Origin: Plasmodiophora brassicae
Taxonomy: Eukaryota
Assembly (NCBI GenBank): GCA_036867785.1
Contig: CP145411.1
Location: 930,001-994,000, forward strand
Direction of reading: 5' to 3'
Length of the DNA: 64,000 nt
The first letter of the stretch is position 1. Every line of letters begins with the position of its first letter. Made by a program: the position numbers and the translations under genes. The notes beneath the pieces are model-generated. The model did no database searches and was not told the DNA's origin. It was given only the letters and a program-made list of their open reading frames with translations. This document shows, piece after piece, positions 48,101 to 60,200 of this stretch.

Positions 48101-50014
48101 TGATCCGCGATCTGTCACCAGTGAGTCCAGTCGACAGGTCACGCGCCACATCATGATGAGGAGCTTGTTCCGGGCCAATACACTGTCCCAGTGCTGCTCG
48201 TTGCCGGTCATGAAGTCCAAGGAATGGACAAGACTCTTGATGCTGTCGGCCAGTGTGCCCGCATCCTCGCCCGACATCGTCGAATAATGTTCGGCATGCA
48301 GAGCATGCCCGGGGATAGAGAGGATCGTCGCGATTAATGCATCCTTACAAGCCGGCGAGGCAGTCTTCTTCTTGATCAACGTCAACAATGTCTGCAACGA
48401 TTGCACAGTCCCCGTCGGCTTAGAGAAATCGATGCGGATCGAAACTTCGGGAGGCTTGGCGACAACGCTTGTAGCTGGCTGAAGGCCAATATCACCGTAA
48501 TCGACGAGGAACGGCGATTCAGGATAGTTGACCATCTCATTCGACAATCGCAACTTTTTGATGGCGAATGGCATCGGGATGCCCTCCACCAATGCCTTCA
48601 CTTTGTCGAAAGCACGCTTGAACGCGACGTCGTTGAAGAGTAGGCCGCCGTCACCAAGGTCATGGTTGGGCGCATCGGTGCTCAGTTTCATTTGGCGACG
48701 AGCCACGTTTCGCGCCACCGTCCGCAGAATAAACAGCCACGTATGCGGGTCGCCGATCGCGTCGTCGTCGTGACCAAGTAGGCGCGATGTCATCACGTCC
48801 ACGGCGGCTCGCTGAAGGTCCTCCTTGACGAGGCGAAACTTCTCATCCCCCAGCGTCACATGCAGGTAGGCCAGCTGCGATTTCATAGTGCACGTTCCCG
48901 ACTGTTGGAACCTCATTGAGGGTTTCTTGATCGACCCGTCGTGATACCTGTGAAGCGGCTGCAAGATTCGCTGATAGATGTCGTCGGGGCCGTATTGTTG
49001 AGACCCAGTTGGAACCAGCTCCCTGGGGCCAGTCATCATGGAGAATAGGTGGAACAGGACGTCCAGGGTGTGCAGCAGTGCACCAGAGGGAACATTGACG
49101 AATTTCACAATGGGGACAACGTTAACGCGATCCAAGTATTTGACGAAGGCGTGCGCACCAGACGATCCGGCGCCCGCGTTGAAAATGGAGACCTCTAGCT
49201 TGTTTGTTGCACCATCATAGAGTATCTCCATAAGCATCGCGTGGCCACTGTTGGTCGACCTCCACCCCACTGGCACGACCACTTTCTTGGATACAGCCAG
49301 GAACGTTTTGGCGAGCTCGGCAAGGAACAGCGCGTTCCCGTCGACGCTGTCGCCATGATTCATCGAACCAGCGAACAAGGCGGCGATGCCAAGTTGGCGG
49401 TGCTGGTCCTCGACGTCCCACTTGTGAAGAACCTTAGACAGCAATGTGTGCATGAAGTAAAGTGCGTCTGGATACACGAAGCCGTCGATTCCTAATGAAG
49501 ACGCCCATGCATCACCGAAGAAATTGGCAACTGGGGCCATCAGCGCGTTCGGCGGGAGGCGTTCGACAGCGGGATCGCCACGAGTTGCGTCCAAGATCTC
49601 TGAAAACAAACGAAACCTTGGATCATTGGGCGCGTTGATAGGGCCAGAACAGGGAATGCCATGAAACCGGTACACGACGAACGCGGCACAGGCGGTGTGC
49701 ATGGCCGATACTTCTCGGTCGTCACTTGTGATTGTTACCAGTCGTAGCATATCATTGGCATGGGCACAAAACTCTCCGTCCGGAAGTCGTGCCGCGATTC
49801 TGCTGAGCGTCAGGAGCAGGCATCGGCGCTTACGAATATCTTTGACGCCAGCCAGGGCCGGCGGGAGTGCGTCCAGGGACGATGCAAGCGGTACGCCGAT
49901 CTCGGTCCGGATCGGGTCGTCAACGTCGAATGAGGTGGAACAGGCTTGACTCAAATCCCAAGGTGCGGACAGGGACAACGGTAAGAGCGCGCCCACAAGG
50001 ACGGCGACGAGCAT
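40791..50014 (-). CDS. Giant (~3,036 aa) signal-peptide protein: CE-clan-like cysteine protease motifs, DUF3638/DUF3645-type SF2-like ATPase, poly(QE), C-terminal hydrophobic helices
   Basis: Three exons joined in frame by GT-AG introns 44374-44429 and 42093-42149. MLVAVLVGALLPLSLSA; GW....GHAML / IFNAGAG / QQSGTC; QRLMAAGKT, DEVD, PYVAANTPS, GYSGT, ALIDVGA, YYDHRHITGADI, LQGVMRMRK. Confidence 0.88.
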
Positions 50015-50318
50015 GCTAATGGACTTCACTACTGAAAGCTCTATAGATCTGGCACAGAATGTGGCTTCGATCTGAAGGTCAACAGCTGTGTCTGGGCGTT
50101 CAGATTAATTCCTGAGTGATCGATTTCCGGAAGTCCGTGCGGACATTCAGCGACTGTTCAACGCTTTCTGGCCCGACACGCTGACTGAAAAGTGCGTGTT
50201 TTGTGCCAGCGAGTTCGCCTCGTGACGACAGCAGGCGAACGGCAGTGCCGCGGACCGCGCGTCAACTACAAAGAATACCGTCCCCCTTTGAACGAGGAAT
50301 ACAGTATGTACATAGGTA

Positions 50319-50490
50319 TTACGCTTCTTCACGAAACGCGAAGCGAAGGTTCCTCGTGGCACCGACTGCGCGTCGATTACGCTGCACGGAACGCTCGCGA
50401 AGCGATTCTCTCCTCGTGGCGCCGACTGCGCATCAATTACGCTTCATCACGAAAGGCTCGCGGCGCGATTCGCTCATCGTGACACCGACT
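50319..50490. repeat. Three degenerate ~60-bp tandem units (TTACGCT...CG(A)AGCGA...CCTCGTGGCACCGACTGCGC)
   Basis: TTACGCT recurs near 50319, 50377 and 50437; CGTG(G/A)C(A/G)CCGACTG recurs three times. Confidence 0.7.
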
Positions 50491-50849
50491 GTCACGGAAT
50501 TTACGGTCCAGCGGTGACGTCTTTTCGCGCTGCGACGTCCTGTCGGCTCCTGTCGTACCCCGTAACGAAACGCGATGCAAGCCACAATCGCGTCTCGACC
50601 GCAGACCCGACCTGACATAGAATTTCCTGTAACACGACGGCGTCACAAGGGGTCTCGTCGGCGCCCGCAAACGAAACGGAAACGGCAAACAGCGACGGTA
50701 CTTTTCGTTCGGTAGTGGTGTCGTGTCATTCAACACAGCGGTCGCCTAGCAGCGATCGGAGCTGGCATACAGTCAGACCTTCGCAGTTGACACGCGCCGA
50801 CATTCGACGAACTGTGGACGTCCGATCACATTCACCAGTCGCTAGCTCG

Positions 50850-52570
50850 CTAGCGCGCGTGTCCGCGTTGGACGTTCTCGATCATCGCAAAGGGCTGGCG
50901 ACCGGGAAGTCGCCGCAGGCCTGCGCATCTCTCATCCTTTGTTGCCATGAAGCGGCACAAACGCCTTGCACGTTCACGATTATTCGAACTGCGGGTAACT
51001 GGAGAAGGCGCCCCGCTGCGATGCTTCAGCTTAGCAGATGACGTATCGTCTGCGCAAACTCAGGTAGTTCATCGTGATGTTCCGGCGCTTCGTCCTCGAA
51101 TGGCCAGGCACTGGGGTTTGGTGCCGGATTATTGACGTGCCGGGTCCAGTCAGTCACGCTTTTGAAGCGTCGGACAGAGTCGGCGTTAATGTCTGATGCG
51201 GCACCGTGCCGACCGGCGCAAACGGCTGCGTTAACAGCAGGTCCCGCCAGAAACGGGCATCCCGCATCCGCGACATGTCGGCCACGGGTCTCCTCGCAGC
51301 CGGTCAGGCCGGCCTGTCCAGATCGTTCACGAAGGCGTAAGCTGCCGCTTTCCAGGACGGCCACGACGGGTGCAAGACCCCCATGGGTGCGATTGTCGCG
51401 GCCGTTACGGGTGCCTGTCGACGACGCCGTGGCTGATGCTGCTGCGTCGATGACGTCGAGCAACTCGTGACAGGATCGGCGGTGATCAGATCGGGCGTAT
51501 GAACGGCAGCGAGCGGGCCAAGTTAGTCGCCCTTACCGGCCACCAGCAGGACGGGCGCCGACGCGATGGTGCCCATCTCGTTCGGGGCAGCGATCTCGGC
51601 ATGTGATTCTACGAACGCGGTGACCGCCGGCGACACCACCCGAGCAGGTATAATGTGGGAGGGGCGGCCTCGCTTGCAGGTCGGATGACGTGCTGGTTCT
51701 CCGAGCGGTTCCTGGCACGACCTCGGCTGACCAGAGGTCGATCGCGTCAACGGAGACACCCAGGCCGCCCGCAGGCATCGCGAACACGCGCCACCACCAG
51801 ATGCTCAGCCCCGGTCGTCTGGGTGTGTAGGGCTCTTCAAGAACGCCCAGCGGTTCAAAAGCGCCGTTATCAGGACGCGGGCGATGGGCTTGGAAAGCGT
51901 CGGCGCCCTTGCAAAGAGCAGGTCGCAGAACCGGACCAGCTGGGACGTATCGTGATGGGCGGCGCCGCTGCTGATGCGGAGCGATGGGGCCACATCGCCC
52001 GCCTTGGGTGCGTTGCGCCCCGCCGTCGTGCACGCGCCAATGTAGTTGGCGAACACGTCGTTGGCCGGCAGGTGGTGCTCATCGGCGGTACGCGCGCGCG
52101 CCCAGCCGTCCCGGTACGCACGAGCAGTGGGCGACGCGCCGTACTTCTCGGTGCCGACAGCTGCTGAATGATGACCTGGCCGTTGGCGCCCTCGTCCAGG
52201 ACGATACCGTGTGGGGCCCTGTAGACCCGGTCCGGGAAGATAAATCGGTTCTCGAGCGTCCCGGAATACCCTTGAAGCGGGTGGAACATGGGCCCGAGGT
52301 TCCGCACGTTCCCCGGCATCTGACGCAAGTCCACTTTGGCATTGTTCAGGATGTGCTCCCGGACAATGTCCATCAGGGAAAGAAGGGCAAGTTGCACCAG
52401 ATCAGCTTGTCATTCAGGGTCGGCATGTGGTAATTGGAGTTCGTCCACCATCAGCGTGCTGAAACGCCGGCCAACGTCGCTGCTGTCTGGGTCCACCCAC
52501 TGTTTCGCCCCGTCCTTGCACCAGCGGATGTAGGCGTTGGCCTGCTCCAGGTCCACGCCGCTGTGCAAAA
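50850..52570 (-). pseudogene. Fragmented paralogue of the giant 40791-50014 gene
   Basis: 52165-52570 closely matches 43195-43620 (QGYSGTLENRFIFPDRVY.APHGIVLDEGANGQV; LHSGVD.EQA.AYI.WCKDGAKQ.VDPDSSD) with frameshifts. 50850-52050 shows only weak, broken similarity to ~44800-45700. Confidence 0.8.
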
Positions 52571-52714
52571 CAGGAAAGCACAAGGAGAGGCGATCCGACA
52601 AAAGCTGGATAGCCATATCGAAGGCAGTCAAGGATGAACACATCTGCATCGTCAACGACAGGACGCGACACTGCAGTCGATTGAACGATCTGTCAGTCTG
52701 TAGCATATGTGAGT

Positions 52715-53128
52715 TTATACTTCATCTTCTCTCAACAGCATGTTCGGGATGCCATTCGTGATCTTGTACGTTCTTCCGCATCCATCGCAGCACAGTTGCC
52801 CTTCCTGGATGTGGGTCTGCAAAGTGTGTCACGTAAGACTCAGTGCGATACACAGGACAATCGATTGTCATACGTCGATTAGGAGATTGTGCAACTGCTG
52901 AAGAGCCTCATCTTCACATCCTTCGGGCGAATCAGGGATTGGCAGGCCAAGCTGTTGACCGCACTGCCGGAGGACCTCGTAGTCCACAGTTCCCAGGATG
53001 TGCTTAATGAAGTCGCCACTGAACTCCGACTCCTCACTTTCTACACGCACCGCATCAATGCGAAGCGGGAACTGCTTCGTGCACGTCTTCACGACGCAGA
53101 TCAGGTGGTTGTGGGTCAGAATCCTCAT
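52715..53128 (-). CDS. TRM112: Methyltransferase activator subunit Trm112, 2 exons
   Basis: MRILTHNHLIC.VK.C...FPLRI...LHNLLID | THIQEGQLCCDGCGRTYKITNGIPNMLLREDEV*. Confidence 0.97.
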
Positions 53129-53266
53129 AACCGCGATGGCGCCGGTCAGTCCGTCGTCACTGCTGCTTTGGTTTTTGACGCCCGGGACCTGCTACGGATG
53201 CCGCCACGGACTTGTCGCACCTGCGACATCCGGAACGCATGCTGAAGCGTTTTAACTTGTGACCCG

Positions 53267-54256
53267 ATGGTTAGTATTGTTCATATTGCATGCCTGCTCC
53301 GTTGTTTAGTGTTATCGCCGCTAACAAGAAGGCAGACTGGCGGCGATGTCGGCAGGACCGCAGAATCGGCGCCGCTTGTCTCGGGTGTTGAAGTTTACGT
53401 TCCGATACTCCAATACAGACCTGTAGCTCATATCAATGGCACCGTATAGGTAGCGCTTTCGGCTGTCGCGCGACCTGGTGTTCCTTGCCGGGTGCCACGC
53501 CGATTTCGCGTATAACGACTACCCTGTGCGGTGAGAGGTAGCAGACGCGGAAGTGATTCGACGTGTTCGGCAAGCGCGCACGTCTCGTCGTGGTCTACAC
53601 TCGGCTCTGGACGAACCTCTGGACGCACAGTCGGGCCTCGAACTTGTCGACGTTGCCAGCCTTGGTTGACTTTCACCATGAAAGCCCATGTCGCACAGGC
53701 CGGCTCTCGTCCCGGCAACAGATATTGCAGGTCAAATGCATCAGTTTGCGATAGGTACTCGTTATGCACGACGTCGGTGAAGTACCCACCATACGACCTC
53801 AAGATAGACGTCGTTGGTATTTTCCTTAAGGTATACGTGTTCGGGGTGTTTCTCAAGATAGGCAAGTTGGTGTAGGCCATGCAGCATGAGTACTGGATGA
53901 GGGATACCACTGGAACCCGCTTCAAGAAACCCCTGGTCGCCCGGCTGCTGTCAAGCAACGATCGGGTGCATCAGGAGCAAGGCCTAGTATCTCAGCGGAT
54001 TAGGCTTCATCAGAGTGTCACCAGACTACTGCACTGCGAGTTCCGGTACGAGACTCACTGCGACAAGTGCAACTTCTTCCACAATCCCAATGGCAAACTG
54101 GATATCGCTGTTGCCCAGACAGGCCAAGCTCCGCGATGGAATTCTGGCAGTCTGCCGTATACCTGGCCGTGCTTGTCGCCCCTGCTTGACCGCTCTGTTT
54201 CAGCAGCAATACCGCGGATCGATGACCTATACTCGCATTGCTCTCTGATGACATAG
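53267..54256 (+). CDS. Hypothetical multi-exon protein (boundaries uncertain)
   Basis: Successive plus-strand ORFs 53267-53449, 53531-53875 and 53879-54256 with plausible GT...AG gaps; no recognised domain. Confidence 0.4.
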
Positions 54257-54297
54257 GTCGAGATCAACTTTGTTGTAAAGAGCGATTCCGCAATAAT

Positions 54298-56009
54298 TCA
54301 TGGGCCTGCACGCGAACCCATAAAGACGAGAGGAACACGGCGTGGTTGTAGGACATTCACTGGTTGGGACTCCGGTTGGGATGGTGTGGATACAGGTCGC
54401 GATTCCGATACAGGCGGCGATGAAACAGGGCGCACTTCAGGCTCCGATGAAGTCGTGATAAGTTCAGGAGTTATTCGTCGTGGTCCCTTTGTTGGGGTGA
54501 TAACTGTCGATGTATCAGACCCTCGAGCGAGCCCTTTGGTGTCCGATTTCGAAGGTGATTGTGGACTCGGGTCGACCTCCAATACAGCGGCATCGCGAAC
54601 TGCGGATGCTCGGTCAACATTGGAGCAAGCCAGAACAAACAATACGATGCCGACCTTCACCGCATACGACCTCGCCTATATCCGACGGGTCGAACGTAAT
54701 CGCGGAGACGAACCCTTCTGCAGACGATACAAATAGCGTGCAACCGTCAGGTGCCCTAGACGCGCGGGCAATCAACTTCGTGCAGATGTTTCGGTGCTTT
54801 CCACGAAAAGCAGTGTTACCATGCCAGATCAGTGATTGGCATATAATGCAAGCCAGCTATGCTGGCCAGTGGCAGGTCCCGTTCCGTATCGTAGATCACG
54901 ACACCGTCACGGTATGCAACGGCAAACACCATCCGGTACGACGGCAGCCCGTCATGGACTTTCAGAATCTCAGACCAGTCAACAGAAACAACCATCGAAC
55001 GTTGCACACCTTTTGCTGTCGACTGGAGCTTGTACAAGACTGGGCTAAACGCAGTGGCGACGGTATGCCGATGCGGCGACGAGTAGATATACAGTGGCCT
55101 ATAGGCAGAGTTAAACCGATGAGCATACGGTCGGCAACGGAATGATGCTCACTTGTCGAGGTAACGACGGTGCCACAAAAAGGTGCACGACGTGCTGTCG
55201 TGGACCCCAGTCGGAGTCACAAGGAACGTGCCATCTGGCGACCAGGTCGGGCGTCGGAAGAGTGCCATAATGCTGTCTCCGGCAAACGATGGCAGCACCT
55301 TGGGTTTAGCGGACACGACCCTGCCGCTTTCAATCTGGTACACATTACAAGTCTTGTCACAGCTGGTAGATACGATAAACTGATCGAGGGGATCCCAGGC
55401 AACGCCCTTGACGAGTTTGCTATGCATAGGAGATGAACCAGAACGTCGTAACAATGGAATAAAGGTGCCGTTACCTGTGTTGCTTGAATACGTAAATTTG
55501 CTCACCAGACGCGGCATCCCATACGATGACTTTGTGTTGAACTTCACCAGAGACGATGCGAGCGCTGGTCGGTGACCACGCCACCGACGTCACGTCCGAC
55601 GAATGCCCCGACAGCACCTGCGAAACAACCCAAGCCTCTTCGGACCCTTCGCTTGGCGCTGCCCCGCCCTCCGACCGTTTCCACACGAATACGTATTTGT
55701 CTGGATGTCAACCATCAGACCTGGGTGACACGGTCGTCATATGCAAAGATTACCATCCGATCCTGAAGCAATACGGCCATCCTTGGCAAATCTGACACAA
55801 TTGACCGCGCCCGTATGTCTGTCCATACTGGCGAGATGCCGCACATGGGCGGCGCCGTCCGCCGGCCACTCCACGCGCCAGACGCGCACGTGGTTGTCGG
55901 CGCCACCCGTCGCCAGGCGCCCGTCCGGCCCAGCATCCAGCGAAAACACGGGCATGCACGGCTGCGCCTCGGTCGCATGCCAGTGGATCTGGATCGTCTC
56001 GACCCGCAT
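54298..56009 (-). CDS. CHAF1B: Chromatin assembly factor 1 subunit B (p60/Cac2/FAS2), WD40, multi-exon
   Basis: MRVETIQIHWH...PVFSLD...RLATGGAD..VRVW; RHTGAVNCVRF; VKGVAWDPLDQF; FRRPTWSPDG.FLVTP.G; YRMVFAVA...V.IYDT...P......LHY..ITDLAW. Confidence 0.92.
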
Positions 56010-56378
56010 CGTGGCGGGCGCACCTGAACCTGTAACAGTGGGGCGGGGAACCCCGACGGCGTTTCCTTTTCCTTCCGCCCGGGCTCTGGCCACGTCCGCG
56101 CACGCCACCACACGCCACAGCGGCCTTCCCGCCGTGCAGCTCCACTGTCTCCGGGCGCCATGCTGCAGCAGCTCACGACTGCATGCGCCCGCCTCGCTGG
56201 ACGATGCGCAGCTGCAGTGTCTGTGTCTGCTGCTGCCACTGCTTGTGAAAGTTCGGCGTGTGTGTACCCCTCCCGTACGAGGGCGGCTAGATATTTTGTC
56301 GGGTCCGAAGGTACCTGCTGGGATCGTTAGTTAGTAGTGCGGTACTGTGTGGCGGGACGACACCGGGCGAGCGGCTTG

Positions 56379-57095
56379 ATGGAGGCATTCACGGGCGATG
56401 ACATGCCGTTCTCCCGGAGGTCCCCGTACGACGACGCCGAAGACGATAACTCGTCGTATGAGCCGGGCACGAAGGGGCGCGGGTCGAAGCGCCCGATGAC
56501 GGACGGCATGAAGAGCAGGGTGTCGACTAGGAAGGTCCGCAAGAACGACCGCGAGAAGCAACGACGATCGCAACTGAACAACCAGTTCGAGGTATGGCTA
56601 CCCTGCGTTGCTTGTAGAGTGCCTGCTGACGTGCGACGCGTTCCCGGCAGCTCATGAGCAAGATCCTGAACCTAGGTCAGGCGAACAAGACGGAGAAGTT
56701 TACGATCCTGAGCGAAGCCATCAACGTGATCAACGCGTTGCGCATCCAGAACACGCATCTGCGAGAGGAGAAGGCTGACTTATGCCAGGAGCTCACCAAG
56801 CTCTCCGCCTACATGCAACAGCGTGAATTCCCGGGCAGTGTGCCACCCTCTTCGGGGTCGTGCCAATCGACGATTCCACCAGGCACCTTGGCAGATCCGC
56901 TTTGTTTATTGGTCTGCCTCTGACCGACAGCTGCCAGGAATACTGCCATCGTACGAAGTGCCGTTCACGCCATCGGCGTCGCAACCGGATTCAGGGTCGG
57001 CCGGGTACCCGGGCGGACGAATGTCATACGTGGCGACAACACCTTCGTCGGCCATGGTAGACGACGAGGAGGACTTCAACATTTTCGCGCCCTGA
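56379..57095 (+). CDS. bHLH-leucine zipper transcription factor, multi-exon
   Basis: RKVRKNDREKQRRSQLNNQFE | LMSKIL...KTEKFTILSEAINVINALRIQNTHLREEKADL. Confidence 0.9.
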
Positions 57096-57182
57096 AGCTG
57101 CCAACGTTTGAGCACGGAATGGTTATCTGTTGGGACAATCTGGTTTTATTCATAAACAGTCAAGACAACTGTACGAAACCGT

Positions 57183-57549
57183 TCAGGCAGCGACCTGCTC
57201 TGGTGTCGCTTCGTTCTCGCATTCGCTCTTGGCGGCCGCGTCTTGTGCGGCGCTCTCCTCCTCATCCGCCACTTTGACTTTCTTGACCGCGTCATTCTCG
57301 TCGGCGTCACAGACAGACTTCCGCTTCGTCAGCACACCTTCATCGTTGGCCGCGTCACCAGACTCCTCTGCAGCATCCTCCGTCGGCGCCTGCTCGGCCT
57401 CCTCTTTCTGCTCCTCTGCCCGATCTTCGTCTTTGACCTGCTGCTGCTGTTGCTGCTGCTCTTCCTGAGCCTGCTCCTGTTCCTGAGCCTGCTCCTGTTC
57501 CTGATCCTTCTGCTGCATGTCCTGCTCCTGCTGCTGCTGCGTCTCCTCT

Positions 57550-57580
<31 letters not shown>

Positions 57581-57605
57581 CTTGTTGTTCGGCGACGTTC
57601 ACCAT
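57183..57605 (-). CDS. Small acidic Gln/Glu-rich disordered protein with a bipartite-NLS-like motif
   Basis: 140-aa ORF with polyQ/QE tracts and KRKS...KKVK. Confidence 0.7.
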
Positions 57606-57729
57606 CGCGGAGGGAGTGATTGCTGAAGCAGAGATACGAAACCGAGGTCAATGCAGTTCGTGCGCGCTTCGAGAATGATGGCAGCCTGGCCAGTGGCCGC
57701 GCTGGATAAACTGCGGGCATTCTGACTGC

Positions 57730-59709
57730 AGTCGACCGAAGTGCGCGACTGCACGCACAATTTCGTAACCCGCTGCGAAAGCCGAAGATATGACTGGACT
57801 GCCCAGTACGGCAACCAACATAATTATCTCGTTTGTGGTGAATGGACGAATGGGCGACGGTGAGAGACGTATGGCAGCAGTTAGAGCAGGTAAGGAAGGC
57901 GTGCGAGGCGCGCGGAAAACTCTTCGACGACTGGCCGCCTGAACCACCGTGGCCAGCTCGTGTCCCGCACCGCAAAGGCGGAGAAGACGATGACTGGCGT
58001 CATGCATGCAGGCGTCTTCGCCACGTCGCACCTGTCGATCGTGCGCAAGACCCGAATCCAAACCGAGTACGGCCTGCTTTCAGCAAGGGCCGCGTCGGCG
58101 TGCTGAATGTGCTGGACCAGCTCCAGGTAGCCGCCGCCGCCTTCTTCATCGGTGGACACCATTGACGTGTCGGATCCGTCCTGTTGCTTCGATATGCGGG
58201 ACTCGTCCCCGCTGCCGCTCGCCAGGCAAAGCTCCGCTCAAGGTTCGGCTTCAAAGAGATCATCTGGTCCGAACCGGTCATGGCGATCGCGTCCCGTTCC
58301 TCTGGCGATGCGCTGGTCGCTGGGCAACCCGCGCAGCAGAATCAACATGATGACCAAGGCTGCAGGATCTACGCGGACGCGAGGGCCATCTACAAGAACG
58401 GTCAACTAGCCCGCGGGCAACCGCGAAGAACGCGGCGACGTCGAGGCCGGTCGTCCGGTCCGGAAGCGCCCGCGCCTACCCGACCGGAAAGATGCTCTGC
58501 TGCAAGCGCTGGAGCTGCACACAATGGCTGCTGCCGACGTGTCCTGCAAACTGACGCGCCCTGCAGATGCAGCCGATATAATCTGCTGTTCCCGGCTGCG
58601 TACCATTCGGGCGACGACGCGTACGCGGTGGCGTCCTGGATCACCACCCGCATCCGGGCACGAATGCGCAGTATCGCGGCTGCAATGACCGACAACCTCT
58701 CCCGGTACCACATGTCGGCGCGATGAACTGACTCGACCCGGTTGCTCAGGCCCATCATCGCCTGGCGCATCCGGGCGCTACACTTCAGTCGGGGCGACAC
58801 CAGGATCGCCATTGACTACGTGGCCATTCAGATCAACGACTCCCGGCCAGCGAAGCCGACCGCCACGACGGATGCCGGACCCGCGCGATCCGACGTTCCG
58901 GCTCGCCGATCGCCAACGGCGCTGGATGGCCGCCCTTGGCACGTTCGTCCGTGCCGTCGCTGCTCAATGCGTCCGCAGCGAGCCGCGCTGCCGATCTCTG
59001 CCCAGGGCGTGGCAGCGCTGGCCGTCCTGGATGCGACGCTCGAGTCGCTGTGGAAACTGTTGAACGCGTCCTTGAAGACCTGTACTGGCCGGATTCCTGG
59101 GCGTCGCGAACGCAAGACCACTGGACGACGAGGACGACATCGACCCGTTTGCCGCGGTGAACGGCATCGACGCCGCTGAGCACGCTCGACTGAAAGCCGC
59201 GAGGGGTCGCCCCGAAGACGGATGATCAGCCGCGAACCCGCCCGAGCGCTGCGCCGTGAATGGCAACGCTGACGACACCGCCATCATTTCGAAGACGATA
59301 TCGCCGAGACAGGCGACGACGCGGACGCCCGCAGCGCCGCGAGGATCCTGCCGCATCACCAAGTGGACGCAGCCAGCCGCGCCCGTCACCGTCGTCGCGT
59401 TCAACACCTGGCGCTGACAACGATGATATCATGCGCTGTATTGCCAACGCCCTCAACGTGTCGATCGAAGCATATGCCGCCGCAGAGCGGGGAGCACCTT
59501 TGCAGCCCCACAACGACGTATCGATTCGTGCAGGGTCGCCCGGCCGTACATCGTCGCGAGAGACTGTGCCCAGTGCCGCCGTCGTCGCGCGCCGCGTGCG
59601 GTCATGGCGCCCACCGCGATCGCCACCGAGTCCGCCGGCGTCGCCATTCGTCTGTCCCGTATCCTGTATTGCTACCAACGTTCGTCCGCCGACCGATCTT
59701 GACGCTTAA
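57730..59709 (+). pseudogene. Degenerate paralogue of the TTLL-like gene, including a copied promoter and start
   Basis: 57730-57932 nearly matches 61917-62134 (MDEWATVRDV..QLEQVRKACEARGKLFDD). Later remnants (VLDQ, CGACCCGG.TGCTCAGG.CCA, LDGRPWHVR) lie in shifting frames. Confidence 0.65.
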
Positions 59710-59739
59710 GCTGTATTTCACAATACAATTTAGAAGTCC

Positions 59740-60200
59740 TTAAAACCGCTCACGTCCCCCGTACAGCGGTAGCACAACGTCGGATTCGAACGAGAAATCT
59801 GGCATATAAACGTGGGAATATATCTTGCTTGTATCTAATACCAGGACCTTGTCACTTTCGTCGCGAACGCGGCCCGGACGTTGCGATTGATGTCTCGCCA
59901 TGTACTTCGGTGCGCCCATTATCATCGCTGCTGCCACTGCTGGAGCTGATTGTTGACTTTGACGGCGGCGACGCTGGCACTGTGCAGGAACTGGCTTCAT
60001 AGCCTTGGTCGAACCGCTCAGACAGGGCCTGCAGCCGTTCGTCGACTGTCTCGGCTTCAATGTTGTCGAACTGCGCCTTGACTTCTGCGTTGACAGCCGA
60101 CATCGCCTCGTCATGGTCCATACCTTGGTGGCGGCACATGCGGTACAGCGCGTACGCGTTCGATGTTGTAAACGCTGTCCACCTTGCCACAGGCACATCG
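59740..60200 (-). CDS. Hypothetical small protein or gene remnant next to the TIR element
   Basis: Protein-like ORF stretch DHDEAMSAVNAEVKAQFDNIEAETVDERLQALSERF; gene structure unclear. Confidence 0.3.
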
